Positions 12,406 through 25,309 of a stretch of 64,000 nt of DNA are shown here, in pieces. The stretch is from assembly GCF_036365525.1 (NCBI RefSeq), contig NC_090374.1, positions 129,796,421 to 129,860,420 on the forward strand. Direction: 5' to 3'. The stretch's first letter is position 1; every line of letters starts with the position of its first letter. The position numbers and the translations under genes were made by a program. Under the pieces are notes generated by a model, which saw only the letters and a program-made list of their open reading frames with translations, was not told the origin of the DNA and made no database searches. Source of the stretch: Heterodontus francisci (Eukaryota).

Positions 12406-13046
12406 GCCGGAATTATAAGCCTTCCTGGGAGTGAGCCAAGAGGCAGGGGGATAAAATTGAGGCGGGGATTGCCATGTCCGTCACCTACCCACCCCCATTG
12501 CTATTTTACCAGCGGTGGGAGAGGTGGCAAATGACCAGCCCACTCCAGGCCACTTAAGGACCTCCTCCTACGGCCTAGTAATACCCTGGAAAACGCAATG
12601 CGGGCTGGGGGGTCCCTCCTGATCAGGCACCCTGTGCCCCACAGAGGGCCCCCCATCAGCACAGGCTACCCCCACTAAAACTACCCCACTACCCTGCTCT
12701 CTGACACCCACCCCCTTTCCAGGGCCCAGTCAATTGTCCCTGGCGAGGCCCAAATCCCAGTTACCTTTCTGAAGGGTGGTGCCTATCATCCTCTTCTTGC
12801 TGCGTGCAGTCCTAGCAGTGGCCACCGTTCCGGGTGGCGCTGCTGGGAGTGAAGAGCTGCTTTGATTGGCCAGCAGCTCTTGGAGGTGGGACTTAACGCT
12901 TCAGAGGGGTAGAAGTCCCAATTGAGGCTAATTAACGGCCTGGGTGATGCAAAATTGTAGCGCAGCTTCCAGGCACGGCAGAGGCGGGCTCTCCCCTGAC
13001 ATTTTAGACGGTAGGCAGGGCCACTGCCACAATGTAAAATTCCGAT
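12406..13046 (-). mobile_element. Non-autonomous MITE, inverted relative of 31874-32549
   Basis: Reverse complement shares blocks such as cagcgccacccggaacggtggccactgctaggactgca with 32003-32041. Ends are ccggaattata / taaaattccga. Confidence 0.65.
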
Positions 13047-13719
13047 CAGAATCAATAATTTTAGTTCTGAAGTAAGAGTAAAGATTCCAGTAGCAGACTT
13101 CTCTCTCTCTCAAGGAATAGGAGCATTTTAAATCATGCAATAATGGAAATATACATATGAATGGACAAAAAGTGGAAAAATTCACCAAAAATGCAAAAAG
13201 TGATTTATCCACAATGTTTTATTTGTGCAAAATTGGTTGAAACAATGTAAACACAACTACAAAACATTTCCTGAAAATTCTAACTGCCACAAGATAAAAG
13301 TTCAAACTACTTTTATTTTAAAAAAAACTGCTTCAGGTATGATTAACAATGCTTTAGCTTTTACAGTTTAAATTTTAATTTGGTGAACATTATCCAATTC
13401 TGATCTGCAGAAAAGTTAGGTTATTCAGTTATTTTTATACAATTGCTTGGGTAAAACTGTTGTTGTACAGCCACTGAAAATCATCACTTTTTCTCCCAGC
13501 TGAAATCAGTCTCAAAGAGTTTTCAATTGTGAAGTAATTTCTAAAAAATGCATCAACTGTAGAGTTCATGATCACACTGCCCTCAAAAAACCATTAGTCC
13601 CAGTTTTAGAACAATGTTAAGCCAATCTTTATTCAGTATTTATGCTGTTCTGCACTTCTGTTCTCCTATCAGTCTATTCGATGTAGGTATGGAAACCATA
13701 AACCTGGTATTCTATGTAT

Positions 13720-13892
13720 GAACATAGAACATACAACAGTAGAGCACAGTACAGGCCCTTCGGCCCACGATGTTGTGCCGAACCTTTAACCTACTCTAAG
13801 ATCAAACTAACTACCTACCCTTCATTCTACTATCATCCATGTACCTATCCAAGAGTCGCTTAAATGTCCCGAATGTATCTGCTTCTACCACT
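13720..13892 (-). mobile_element. CR1 3'-end fragment
   Basis: Reverse complement has gggccgaagggcctgtactgtgct followed by a ctatgtt-type tail. Confidence 0.65.
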
Positions 13893-14639
13893 ATGCATAT
13901 AAGACACTCTGTTCTCTGTGGCACGCTTCAATGGCCTATACAAGTGTGTATAGGCAAAGGTTAACATACAGACAATTCATATTAACAAAAAACAGTTGTT
14001 GCAAGTCTGCAAACACTGAGCCAGCTCAATTTGCCATGTAAGTTGGTACCATGATGTAACTTTACATTGACACAAGCATGCCAACTGGCTCAGCATGTTT
14101 AGCAGTGAAACAGGAGAGACAGCAGAGGGAAACCCAGAAAAAAAAGAGATTCTGTCACGTCATGCAGAAATCAGTGATTTTATATTTGCCCCTGCCATCA
14201 GCGACTACACAAGGACTGTGCATCATGAATCAACGGCAGTGGAGTAAAAAAATCACCTATAATAACTGGAATGTACTACCATTCTGATGGGATAAAACCA
14301 CCAGTGAAGTGTGCCCTTTCCATTGTGGGTTTTTGGAAAGGAAACAGAAGATAAAAAGAACTGAGATTCTTTCCATCCACAGCAATGCATCTGGCGATCA
14401 CAGAACTGAGTCCTGCATCCGCCCTCACATTCCAGAAAAGATCGAATTGGTGAGGTGGAACAAGAAGCACATAAGGAACAATATTCGGCTTACTGCACTA
14501 CCAGAAAGTAAGATGAGCAGGATGGTTTTTTTCATATTTAGATTTAAGTCCATTTTAAAAATGAAAGTATTACTTCAATAGGAAGAAAATGATGTGCATG
14601 GAAAATGAGAAATCGTGAGGATGGGTGGGTTCTGTTTAA

Positions 14640-15215
14640 CAGTAAATTAAAGCTATCACAACAATGCTCGGGGGTCAGCAAGCAAAGCAAACTAGATGTT
14701 GGAATATTTTAAAAGGACAATATTGAGTTGAAGCGATCAAGTAACCCTGCCACTTTATAAATCATTGGTGCGACTGCACTTAAAATGTTATGTTTGGTTC
14801 TGGTCATCTTACAAAAAGGATATTGTAGCTATTGAAAGGATACAGCATACAGAATAGAGCAAACAGAATGTTTGAGGGGCTGGAGGGATTAAATTATGAG
14901 CAGGAATTATGTAAATTGGTCATGTTCACATTGGAAAAAAGTCGAGGGGTGATGAAATTTCTGTTTTTAGCATTTTGAAGGAATTAGATAGTGTAAATCA
15001 TGACAAGCCATCTCACCTTGTCCAGAACTGTAGAACCAGAGGACACGGCCTGCATTCGAAGGGGGTAAATTAAAAAAAAATCTGCAGGAAGAATATTTCA
15101 ATGAGCGAGTTGTCAATCTATGGAACAAGCTCCAAAGGGAGATGGTGGAGGTAGTTCGCACTGATTCATTCAAATATAAACTTCAGTGGATTTCTTTCAG
15201 AAAATAAAATTTTGG
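14640..15215 (+). mobile_element. Old CR1 3' fragment
   Basis: Decayed LYKSLVR.HL..., RTRGH and V.NLWN.L motifs. Confidence 0.6.
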
Positions 15216-16988
15216 GAACAGTATGAGTGATTTGAGACATGACTTCTGGTAAGTGTCGTATGCCTGGGAGGAACAGTGACTTTGGACTTGTGGTTCCTAA
15301 AAGGACAAAGAGCAATAGAGTAAAAATAATTAAAGGGGGGGAGAACAGCCAATTTCAATGGGGTGAGAACAGATCTGGCCCAAGTAAATTGGAATCATAG
15401 ATTAGCAAGCAAAACTGCAACAGAGCAATAGGATGCCTTTAAAGAGGAGATAGTTCAGGTATAGCCAAGGTACATTCCCATGAAGGGGAAAGGTAAGACA
15501 AACAAAGCCAGACCTCCTGGATGGCGAAAGAGATAGAGAGGAAGATGTAGCAGGAAAAGGGTGCGTATAACAGATGTCAGGCTGATAATACAGGTTTGAA
15601 CCAGCCTGAATATCAGAAGTTCGTAGGGAAGTGAAAAAAGAAATGAGAAGCAAAGAGAGAGTATGAGAAGAGACTGGCAGCTACCATAAAAGAAAATTCA
15701 AAAGTCTTCCATGGGCATATAAATAGTAAAAGGGTGAGAAAAGGAGTGGGTTCAATTAGAGACCAAAAAAGGGATTTATGCATGGAGACAGAGGGTATGG
15801 TTGAGATACTAAATGAATACTTTGCATCTGTCTTTAACAAGGAAGAGGATGCTGCCAAAGTCACCATGAAAGAGATGGTTGAGACACTGGATGGGCTAAA
15901 AATTGTTAAAGAGGAGATATTAGAAAGGCTGGCTGTACTTAAAGTTGATAAGTTATCAGGACCGGATGGGATGCATCCGAGGATGCTGAGGCACTGGTAA
16001 TAATCTTCCAATCCTCCTTAGATACAGGGGTGGTGCCAGAGGACTAGTGCAACATCCCTGTTCAAAAAAGAGTGCAAGGATAAGCCCTGCAACTACAGGC
16101 CAGTCAGTTTAACCTTGGTGGTGGGAAAGCTTTTAGAAAGGATAATACGGGACATAATTAATAGTCACTTGGACAAATGCGGATTAATTAAGGAAAGCCA
16201 GAACTGATTTGTTACGGGCAAATTGAGCTGAACTAACTTGCTTGGATATTTTGATGCAACAACAGAGATGGTTGATGAGGGTAATGCAGTTGACGTGGTG
16301 TACATGGACTTTCAAAAGGCATTTGATAAAGTGCCACATAACAGGCTTGTCAGCAAAGTTAAAGCCCATGTAATAAAAGGGATAGCAGCCTGGATACAAA
16401 GTTGGCAAAGTGACAGGAAACAGAGAGTAGTGGTGAATGGTTGTATTTTGGACTGGAGGAAGGTATATACTGGGGCTCCCCATGTGTTGTATTAGAATCA
16501 CTGCTTTCCTTGATCTATATTGAAGACCTAGACTTGGGTGTGCAGAGCACAATTTCAGAATTTTTGAACGGCACAAAACTTGGAAGTATTGTGAACTGTG
16601 AGGAGGACAGTGATAAGACTTCAAGAGGACAGACAGACTGGTGGAATGGGCAGACATGTGGCAAATGAAATTTAATGCAGAAATGTGAAGTGATACATTT
16701 TGTTAGGAAGAATGAGCAGAGGTAATACAAAATAAAGGGGTGTAGGAGCAGAGGGACCTGGGGTATATGTGCACAAATTGTTGAAGGTGGCAGGGCAAGT
16801 TGAGAAAGCAGCTAATAAAGCAGACAGGATATAGGCTTTATAAACAGAGGCACAGAATACAAAAGTTATGGTGAACCTTTATAAAACACTGGTTCGAACT
16901 CAACTGGAATATGGTGTCCAGTTCGGGGCACTACTCTTTAAGGCGGCTGTGAAGGCATTAGAGAGGGTTCAGGAACGATTTACGATAA

Positions 16989-19900
16989 CAAAGTGACTTC
17001 TGACAACACAGCCAAGTGCCGACATCATCAGTGCGTTCCCAGCTGTGCACAAGCGCAGAATGGTTTCTTCCTCAGCCCATCGCTCCTGGCCTCGCCGCTT
17101 TCTCCCGACAGCCCATCGCTCCCGGCCTCGCCGCTTTCTCCCGACAGCCCATCGCTCCCGGCCTCGCTGCTTCCTTCCCTCAGCCCATCGCTCCCGGCCT
17201 CGCTGCTTCCTTCCCTCAGCGACTCGCTCCCGGCCTCGCCGCTTCCTTCCCTCAGCCCATCGCTCCCGGCCTCGCTGCTTCCTTCCCTCAGCTACTCGCT
17301 CCCGGCCTCGCCGCTTCCTTCCCTCAGCCCATCGCTCCCGGCCTCGCCGCTTCCTTCCCTCAGCCCATCGCTCCTGGCCTCGCCGCTTCCTTCCCTCAGC
17401 CCATCGCTCCCGGCCTCGCCGCTTCCTTCCCTCAGCCCATCGCTCCCGGCCTCGCCGCTTCCTTCCCTCAGCCCATCGCTCCCGGCCTCGCCGCTTCCTT
17501 CCGACAGCCCATCGCTCCCGGCCTCGCCGCTTCCTTCCCTCAGCCCATCGCTCCCGGCCTCGCTGCTTCCTTCCCTCAGCCCATCGCTCCCGGCCTCGCC
17601 GCTTCCTTCCCTCAGCGACTCGCTCCCGGCCTCGCCGCTTCCTTCCCTCAGCGACTCGCTCCCGGCCTCGCCGCTTCCTTCCCTCAGCCCATCGCTCCCG
17701 GCCTCTCCGCTTCCTTCACTCAGCCCATCGCTCCCGGCCTCGCCGCCTCCTTCACTCAGCCCATCGCTCCTGGCCTCGCCGCTTCCTTCCCTCAGCCCAT
17801 CGCTCCCGGCCTCGCCGCTTCCTTCCCTCAGCCCATCGCTCCCGGCCTCGCCACTTCCTTCCCTCAGCCCATCACTCCCGGCCTCGCCGCTTCCTTCCGA
17901 CAGCCCATCGCTCCCGGCCTCTCCGCTTCCTTCCCTCAGCTACTCGCTCCCGGCCTCGCTGCTTCCTTCCCTCAGCTACTCGCTCCCGGCCTCGCCGCTT
18001 CCTTCCCTCAGCCCATCGCTCCCGGCCTCGCCGCTTCCTTCCCTCAGCCCATCGCTCCCGGCCTCGCCGCTTCCTTCCGACAGCCCATCGCTCCCGGCCT
18101 CTCCGCTTCCTTCCCTCAGCCCATCGCTCCCGGCCTCGCCGCTTCCTTCCGACAGCCCATCGCTCCCGGCCTCTCCGCTTCCTTCCCTCAGCTACTCGCT
18201 CCCGGCCTCGCTGCTTCCTTCCCTCAGCTACTCGCTCCCGGCCTCTCCGCTTCCTTCCCTCAGCTACTCGCTCCCGGCCTCGCTGCTTCCTTCCCTCAGC
18301 TACTCGCTCCCGGCCTCGCCGCTTCCTTCCCTCAGCCCATCGCTCCCGGCCTCGCCGCTTCCTTCCCTCAGCCCATCGCTCCCGGCCTCGCCGCTTCCTT
18401 CCGACAGCCCATCGCTCCCGGCCTCTCCGCTTCCTTCCCTCAGCTACTCGCTCCCGGCCTCGCTGCTTCCTTCCCTCAGCTACTCGCTCCCGGCCTCTCC
18501 GCTTCCTTCCCTCAGCTACTCGCTCCCGGCCTCGCTGCTTCCTTCCCTCAGCTACTCGCTCCCGGCCTCGCCGCTTCCTTCCCTTAGCCCATCGCTCCCG
18601 GCTCGCCGCTTCCTTCCCTCAGCCCATCGCTCCCGGCCTCGCCGCTTCCTTCCCTCAGCCCATCGCTCCCGGCCTCGCCGCTTCCTTCCCTCAGCCCATC
18701 GCTCCCGGCCTCGCCACTTCCTTCCGACAGCCACTCGCTCCTGGCCTCGCCGCTTCCTTCCGACAGCCACTCGCTCCTGGCCTCGCTGCTTCCTTCCGAC
18801 AGCCCATCGCTCCCGGCCTCGCCGCTTCCTTCTGACAGCCACTCGCTCCTGGCCTCGCCGCTTCCTTCCGACAGCCACTCGCTCCTGGCCTCGCCGCTTC
18901 CTTCCGACAGCCACTCGCTCCTGGCCTCGCTGCTTCCTTCCGACAGCCCATCGCTCCCGGCCTCGCAGCTTCCTTCCGACAGCCCATCGCTCCTGGCCTC
19001 GCCGCTTCCTTCCGACAGCCACTCGCTCCCGGCCTCGCCGCTTCCTTCCCTCAGCCCATCGCTCCCGGCCTCGCTGCTTCCTTCCCTCAGCGACTCGCTC
19101 CCGGCCTCGCTGCTTCCTTCCCTCAGCCCATCGCTCCCGGCCTCGCCGCTTCCTTCCCTCAGCCCATCGCTCCCGGCCTCGCCGCTTCCTTCCCTCAGCC
19201 CATCGCTCCCGGCCTCGCCGCTTCCTTCCCTCAGCCCATCGCTCCCGGCCTCGCTGCTTCCTTCCGACAGCCCATCGCTCCCGGCCTCGCCGCTTCCTTC
19301 CGACAGCCCATCGCTCCCGGCCTCGCCGCTTCCTTCCGACAGCCCATCGCTCCCGGCCTCGCTGCTTCCTTCCCTCAGCTACTCGCTCCCGGCCTCGCCG
19401 CTTCCTTCCGACAGCCCATCGCTCCCGGCCTCGCCGCTTCCTTCCGACAGCCACTCGCTCCCGGCCTCGCCGCTTCCTTCCGACAGCCCATCGCTCCTGG
19501 CCTCGCTGCTTCCTTCCCTCAGCTACTCGCTCCCGGCCTCGCCGCTTCCTTCCGACAGCCCATCGCTCCCGGCCTCGCCGCTTCCTTCCGACAGCCCATC
19601 GCTCCCGGCCTCGCCGCTTCCTTCCGACAGCCACTCGCTCCCGGCCTCGCCACTTCCTTCCGACAGCCACTCGCTCCCGGCCTCGCCGCTTCCTTCCGAC
19701 AGCCACTCGCTCCTGGCCTCTCCGCTTCCTTCCCTCAGCTACTCGCTCCCGGCCTCGCCGCTTCCTTCCGACAGCCCATCGCTCCCGGCCTCGCCACTTC
19801 CTTCCGACAGCCCATCGCTCCCGGCCTCGCCGCTTCCTTCCGACAGCCACTCGCTCCTGGCCTCGCCGCTTCCTTCCGACAGCCACTCGCTCCTGGCCTC

Positions 19901-21062
19901 GCCGCTTCCTTCCGACAGCCACTCGCTCCTGGCCTCGCCGCTTCCTTCCGACAGCTACTCGCTCCTGGCCTCGCCGCTTCCTTCCGACAGCCACTCGCTC
20001 CTGGCCTCGCCGCTTCCTTCCGACAGCCACTCGCTCCTGGCCTCGCCGCTTCCTTCCGACAGCCCATCGCTCCCGGCCTCGCTGCTTCCTTCCCTCAGCT
20101 ACTCGCTCCTGGCCTCGCCGCTTCCTTCCGACAGCCCATCGCTCCCGGCCTCGCTGCTTCCTTCCCTCAGCTACTCGCTCCTGGCCTCGCCGCTTCCTTC
20201 CGACAGCCCATCGCTCCCGGCCTCGCCACTTCCTTCCGACAGCCACTCGCTCCCGGCCTCGCCGCTTCCTTCCGACAGCCACTCGCTCCTGGCCTCGCCG
20301 CTTCCTTCCGACAGCCCATCGCTCCCGGCCTCGCCGCTTCCTTCCGACAGCCACTCGCTCCTGGCCTCGCCGCTTCCTTCCGACAGCCACTCGCTCCTGG
20401 CCTCGCTGCTTCCTTCCGACAGCCCATCGCTCCCGGCCTCGCCGCTTCCTTCCGACAGCCACTCGCTCCTGGCCTCGCCGCTTCCTTCCGACAGCCACTC
20501 GCTCCTGGCCTCACTGCTTCCTTCCGACAGCCCATCGCTCCCGGCCTCGCTGCTTCCTTCCAACAGCCCATCGCTCCCGGCCTCGCCGCTTCCTTAGGAC
20601 AGCCCATCGCTCCCGGCCTCGCAGCTTCCTTCCGACAGCCCATCGCTCCCGGCCTCGCCGCTTCCTTCCGACAGCCCATCGCTCCCGGCCTCGCTGCTTC
20701 CTCCCTCAACTGATCGCTCCCCGTTGTGCCACCCGAAGAAGCAGCGGGGAGCGAGCTGCCGAAGCACAAGGCGGGAAGCGAGCGGCTGAGGGAAGGCAGC
20801 GGCGGGTGAATGTCGAGCAGACGGGCACAGGAGGGAGTGGCGAAGAGAAGTGCAGTGGCAGAAGGAAGCGAGGTACAGTTGGGTGTAGGATGGAGGTGGC
20901 GATCGCAGCCATTGAGGGGATTTGGGCTAAATTAGTTTTTGGTGATAAACAGAGCAGCACCATCTTTATTATTGGCAGCTGCCTGAGATGTCGCAGCCAG
21001 TGGATGAGGCTGCATTTGTGCTTGTTTCAGTACAGTGCCACCTCGTGACTGCGTTGTCAGCA
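16989..21062 (-). mobile_element. Helentron-like non-autonomous element, copy 1, containing a large minisatellite
   Basis: Asymmetric subterminal inverted repeat ctgacaacacag (17000-17011) / ctgcgttgtcag (21049-21060), terminal palindrome aagtgactt (16991-16999), insertion in AA/TT with no clear TSD, and both ends homologous to 42728-43814. Confidence 0.65.
17067..20708. repeat. GC-rich 36-bp minisatellite, about 100 units
   Basis: Unit gcccatcgctcccggcctcgccgcttccttccctca with variants (ccgaca, ctactcg, ccactcg). It gives 12-aa periodic translations in all frames. Confidence 0.98.
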
Positions 21063-21929
21063 AATGGTTCCAGGGATGAGTAACTTCAGCTACTTGGATA
21101 GATTGGAGAATCTGGGGCTCTTCTCTTTACAGAAGGTTGAGAGGAGATTTGATAGAGATGTTCAAAATCACAAGGGGTTTGGACAGAACTGCTCCCACTT
21201 GTGAAGGGTTGAGAACCAGAGGACACTGATTTAAGGTGAATGGTAAAAGAACCAAAGGCAACATGAGGAAAACTTTTTTTTTTACACAGCAAGTAGTTAG
21301 AATCTGGAATGCATTGCCGAGAGTGTGGTGGAGGAAAATTCAAATTGTGGCTTTCAAAAGAGAATGGGATTATCTGAAGAGAAAAAAATTGCAGGACCAA
21401 GGGGAAAAGGCGGGGAAGTGAGACTAGCTGAATTGCTCTTGTAGAGAGCCGCCATGTGCTGCAACCATTTGATGGTTCTATGATTTCTCCCATTAGGATT
21501 TTCCTCATGTCTGCTTTCAACTAATTGAAAGAGATTGACTGTTATGACTTGACTATTATCATTGTATTATTCAATGAGCAGGATGGCAGAAGGCAAACCA
21601 GATGAATTGTGTTTTTTTCTTCCCGGAATTTCAATGTTCCTGGCAGCGCTCTATAATTTATTAATTAATTTTTCACATGCTAGCTCCTGGACTACAATAG
21701 TATTTAAGTGCACAGCTCAGACCATTTGAGCTAAAGGAAGCAGGAAAAAGGATTCATTTAGAGGTCAGGGGAAAAGTAAATTCCCAAAATTGTACAATAT
21801 AAAATATTTCATCCCACTGTGATACTACTGTATAACTACCAGATTACTGCAGATAATTTTCATTGGAAATTCATAACCAGTAATTTTGCATTTTTCAAGG
21901 TTTTATGCATCTATGGATATTACTACAAA

Positions 21930-22027
21930 CAGGTCTGACAAGAGACCATCAACCTGAAATATTAACTTGATTTCTCTCTCCAGAGATGCTGCCTACCCTG
22001 CTGCACATTTCTAGCATTTTCTGTTTC
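21930..22027 (+). mobile_element. Decayed Penelope-type terminal repeat fragment
   Basis: ctgacaagag...cctgaaatattaact...tctctctccagagatgctgcc...ttctagcattttctgttt resembles 34602-34680. Confidence 0.6.
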
Positions 22028-22217
22028 CACCTAGCTTGTTCACCAGAGGAAAACAAATCAGATGCCGAGTCACCACATCTTAGTTAGTTTCATTATAAAT
22101 GTAACATAGACTTAGACTTTTAGCATCTCCAAAAACGACAAACCTTGCTTGTTTCAATAAAATGTAATTCTGGAGATACAATAATAGATTGACTCCATCA
22201 CTGAAATATTTCCTGTA

Positions 22218-22291
22218 CTATGTAGCTTTCTTTGTAGGATTATCACCGAAAGGCGCGTTATCCAGAAGAATCTCTTGTCTAGGTCTAAGAA
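22218..22291 (-). CDS. LYRM7: LYRM7 (complex III assembly factor, MZM1 homolog), coding exon 5
   Basis: Acceptor tttttccacag, then (L)LRPRQEILLDNAPFGDNPTKKAT*. Phase 1 start fits exon 4, and it resembles the human C-terminus [23 protein letters not shown] as recalled. Confidence 0.92.
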
Positions 22292-23559
22292 CTGTGGAAA
22301 AAGGAAAGAAAAGGTTCGTTATTTGGATCAGTATCGTTTGAGAAGGGAAACTGAGGACTACAGAGATATTAATGGCACTTCAGGAGATTTGTTTGAGGGA
22401 GGCAGGGGAAGGACCTCAGTATTCTTTTAAGTAGAAGATCATCAAGTGTGGGAAAAAATCAAGTCCATGATAAACCCATCAATCATAAACTCTGAATGGA
22501 GCATTTTCTCACTCCTGGCTTTATGTTCTATTCCTCTGTACAAATAATGATGTTTTCAAAAATAATCTGTATTTTTCTGTCGGCTTTTTAAAGTACTATT
22601 ACAGATTATGTTCCAGGTTTTCTGATCATAATGCTGATGCTAATCAACTGGTGTTACAATTGGGAGATCTGGACCAAAGTCTGTAATGGCCTTATTATTA
22701 GCCTGGAGGTTATTTTAAAAATAAAATCAGAAACCAGGAAATAGGGATGTTTAAAAATGGATGAAAATGATTTATTTACCTGTGAACTTGTGAGAGGGAA
22801 TATTCTTTATTACTTTAATGAGATATTTAATAGGATAGCCATCTTAAAACTGTCTTGGATAATGCATCCATCACTACTCTAAGCAATATTTCATGCAAAC
22901 TGGCAACTATTGATGAAGTATAGAAGCACCTGACAAAACGTGCAACATCAATTTTTAGACGAGCAAACTGCTCTGAAAGTAAAATCTCCTGCAACTGTTT
23001 GATCAGTGAAATCGGTTATTTAAAAACATACATGCTTTGAGTTAACATCCGAAGCAGTTGACTTTAGAGCACTAGGATAGGGCAGAATTCCTTTCAATGA
23101 CTGATCGTTTCAGTTTGGAATACAAGTACTCAATCCGAACCAATCCAAAGCAACCTTTGTATTCAAAAGAAAGACTCTTTGCATATTGTTGCTAATAACA
23201 ATAAGCATCTCAATACTAGGCTTTATTCCCAAACAGTAAAGTAGATTAAAGTAGAATTCAGATCTACTAGGACTCTTTATTAGGAACATGTGAAGTTCAG
23301 AAGTAAACAGCAAAATTGCAAATTATTAACTTGCACCTCCAATGGAAGATCTTACTGGATGGAGGATGGGTATCTTGTGTTTGTGCTGTGCAGTGCTTAG
23401 CTTCACCTGGGAAGATGAGTCCAAGTTAAGCTGCTAATTTAATGACTGAATTCCCCAAAGCATCTGCAAAACTCTTATTGGGACACCATAATAAAACCTC
23501 CTATTAAGCACTAATTTGAGGCAGTGGTGATTTCTGTGATGGGAAACCTCCCAGGATGA

Positions 23560-24220
23560 TGTCGATATTGTGCATGTGGAATTTATTTATATGCATTTTC
23601 AAAAGGCGCATAAAAGACAGTATTAAAAATCAAAGTACATGGTATTAAAAGGAAAGAAGCAGCATGGACAGGAAACTGGTTAAAGGGTAAACAACAGCAA
23701 CTGGCGGTTAATGGAGACTTTTCAGACTGGAAAGGATATAGAATGGTGGCCGCCACCACCGCCCCCCCCCGCCTCCAACCCCGTGCGAGATGCATGGATG
23801 TTAATGCTGTGGCCAGAGTACAGAAGAAAATGACCAGAGATGCAGGGCTTTAGGTATAAGGATAGGCAAGAGGAACTGGGTGTATTTTCCTTACAGCAAA
23901 GAAGGTTAAGGGGTGATAAGATAGAGGTGTTCAGGAAAAACTATTTTCACTGGAAGTGAGCCAGTAAATAGAGCACATAAACTTAAGATTGAAAAAAAGA
24001 ATGAAGGGAGAGATTAGGAGAACTCTTTTAAAACCCTGAAGGTTGTTAGAACACAGGATGCCTTACCTGATCAGTGGTGGAAGCAAAGCCTAAATTAACT
24101 TTAAATAAAAGAAAAAGGGAAGAGGAATGTGACTAAGTGAGTAGATCTTTCAGTGAGTTGCCATAGGCACAATGACCCAAATGGTTGTTGTCCTCTGTGC
24201 TACAAAATTCTATGGTCTAT
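23560..24220 (+). mobile_element. Highly decayed CR1 fragment in LYRM7 intron 4
   Basis: Remnants of the FQKA.., NWL....Q and 3' UTR motifs with large deletions. Confidence 0.5.
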
Positions 24221-24471
24221 TTTATTATTCTAGTATTATGATCCAGTGCAATTCCACGAGACAGGATTAAATGAGACAATGGCTTGAACTTTTCATACAT
24301 CGATTAATAATATAGTAAAAGGAAATCTCTAAATTAAACTCAATTTTAGCATTGGTTTCAGCCACAATCTGTGATCATATATGAAAAATGATAAATCATG
24401 CAACTACTGATTTAGTGTACAATTATTCTTTTGGTTAGATTTCTGTACTTAAAAGAAGGGACCTTACTTAC

Positions 24472-24553
24472 GAATTGTGTTATTGTTTGTGTGAACTCCC
24501 TGGATTACCGTTTTTCTGAGAATAACTTCTACATCTGAACCAAATTTAAGTAA
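24472..24553 (-). CDS. LYRM7: LYRM7 coding exon 4 (82 nt)
   Basis: gcttcag|LLKFGSDVEVILRKTVIQGVHTNNNTI+c|gtaagt. Confidence 0.95.
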
Positions 24554-24739
24554 CTGAAGCAAACAAAACACAATGCAGAAACAATTACTAAACAAATTCT
24601 TGATGCATTTAATCAAGCTAACAATACTGTCAATGTAACACAATCAGACCTCTGACCAGTGGTATAAATGTAGAGCTAAGTTTATTAAATATGCTATTAC
24701 TTCCAGCTATTCAGAAAATGGAAGTACATTCTAAAGTGT

Positions 24740-24955
24740 TTAACTCCCACCAAGTCCCATTTGCCCATCAGCCCTGTGCTCGCTGACCTACATTGGCTCC
24801 CGGTTAAATGTTCCCTCAATTTTAAAAGCCTCATTCTTGTTTTTAATTCCCTCCACAGCCTCAACCCTTGCTATCTCTGTAATCTCTTCCAGTCCTACAA
24901 CTATCCAAAATCTCTGCAGTCCTCCAATTCTGGCCTCTTGTAATCTCCCCCATCG
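24740..24955 (+). mobile_element. L2-clade LINE 3' fragment
   Basis: PISPVLADLHWLPV motif, also seen at 32865 and in part at 36625. Confidence 0.7.
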
Positions 24956-25309
24956 TTCTTTGACTGTGATAAATGTATAACTTCTAGTTCCTCACTCAGT
25001 GAACAGTGGAAACAGATTTTCTGATTTACCCTCATGCTGACTGTCCCTAATTTTCACATTTCCAAGAGTATTAATTTTGGCTTCTAGAAGCTTATGCACC
25101 AATTTTAAGATGACTGTAAAATCTGACCATAATGAAGGTTTCTCCACTGTTGGGGAAACCCTTTCAACAAATGCTGCTACCACCACCACCTCCCCACCCC
25201 CACCATCATTCGACCTGACCATCCCAATACAATGGCAAAAGATATATTCCCTTGAAGTTCTCCAAGCACTTTCATTGCTTTTATAATCAATGTGGCAGCT
25301 GGAGGAGGA

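Larger units (their letters stand above)
15300..21485 (+). mobile_element. CR1 LINE fragment interrupted at 16988/21063 by a 4.1-kb insertion
   Basis: ORFs 15734-16000, 16238-16495 and 21236-21421 are CR1 ORF2 pieces. The text gatttacgataa | atggttccagggatgag rejoins across the insertion. Confidence 0.88.

Noticed and set aside
14080-14581. Possible exon or conserved element of a neighbouring gene (donor-like gtaaga near 14508)
   Set aside because: No recognisable peptide or matching acceptor, and conservation cannot be assessed without alignments.
17067-20708. CRISPR-like array (36-bp periodicity)
   Set aside because: Units are directly adjacent with no unique spacers, there are no cas genes, and the DNA is eukaryotic.
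16993-21048. 1351-aa, 648-aa, 596-aa and 523-aa ORFs that look like mucin or Arg-rich proteins
   Set aside because: They arise from a mostly stop-free 36-bp repeat open in several frames on both strands, inside a transposon inserted in a LINE. There is no gene context.
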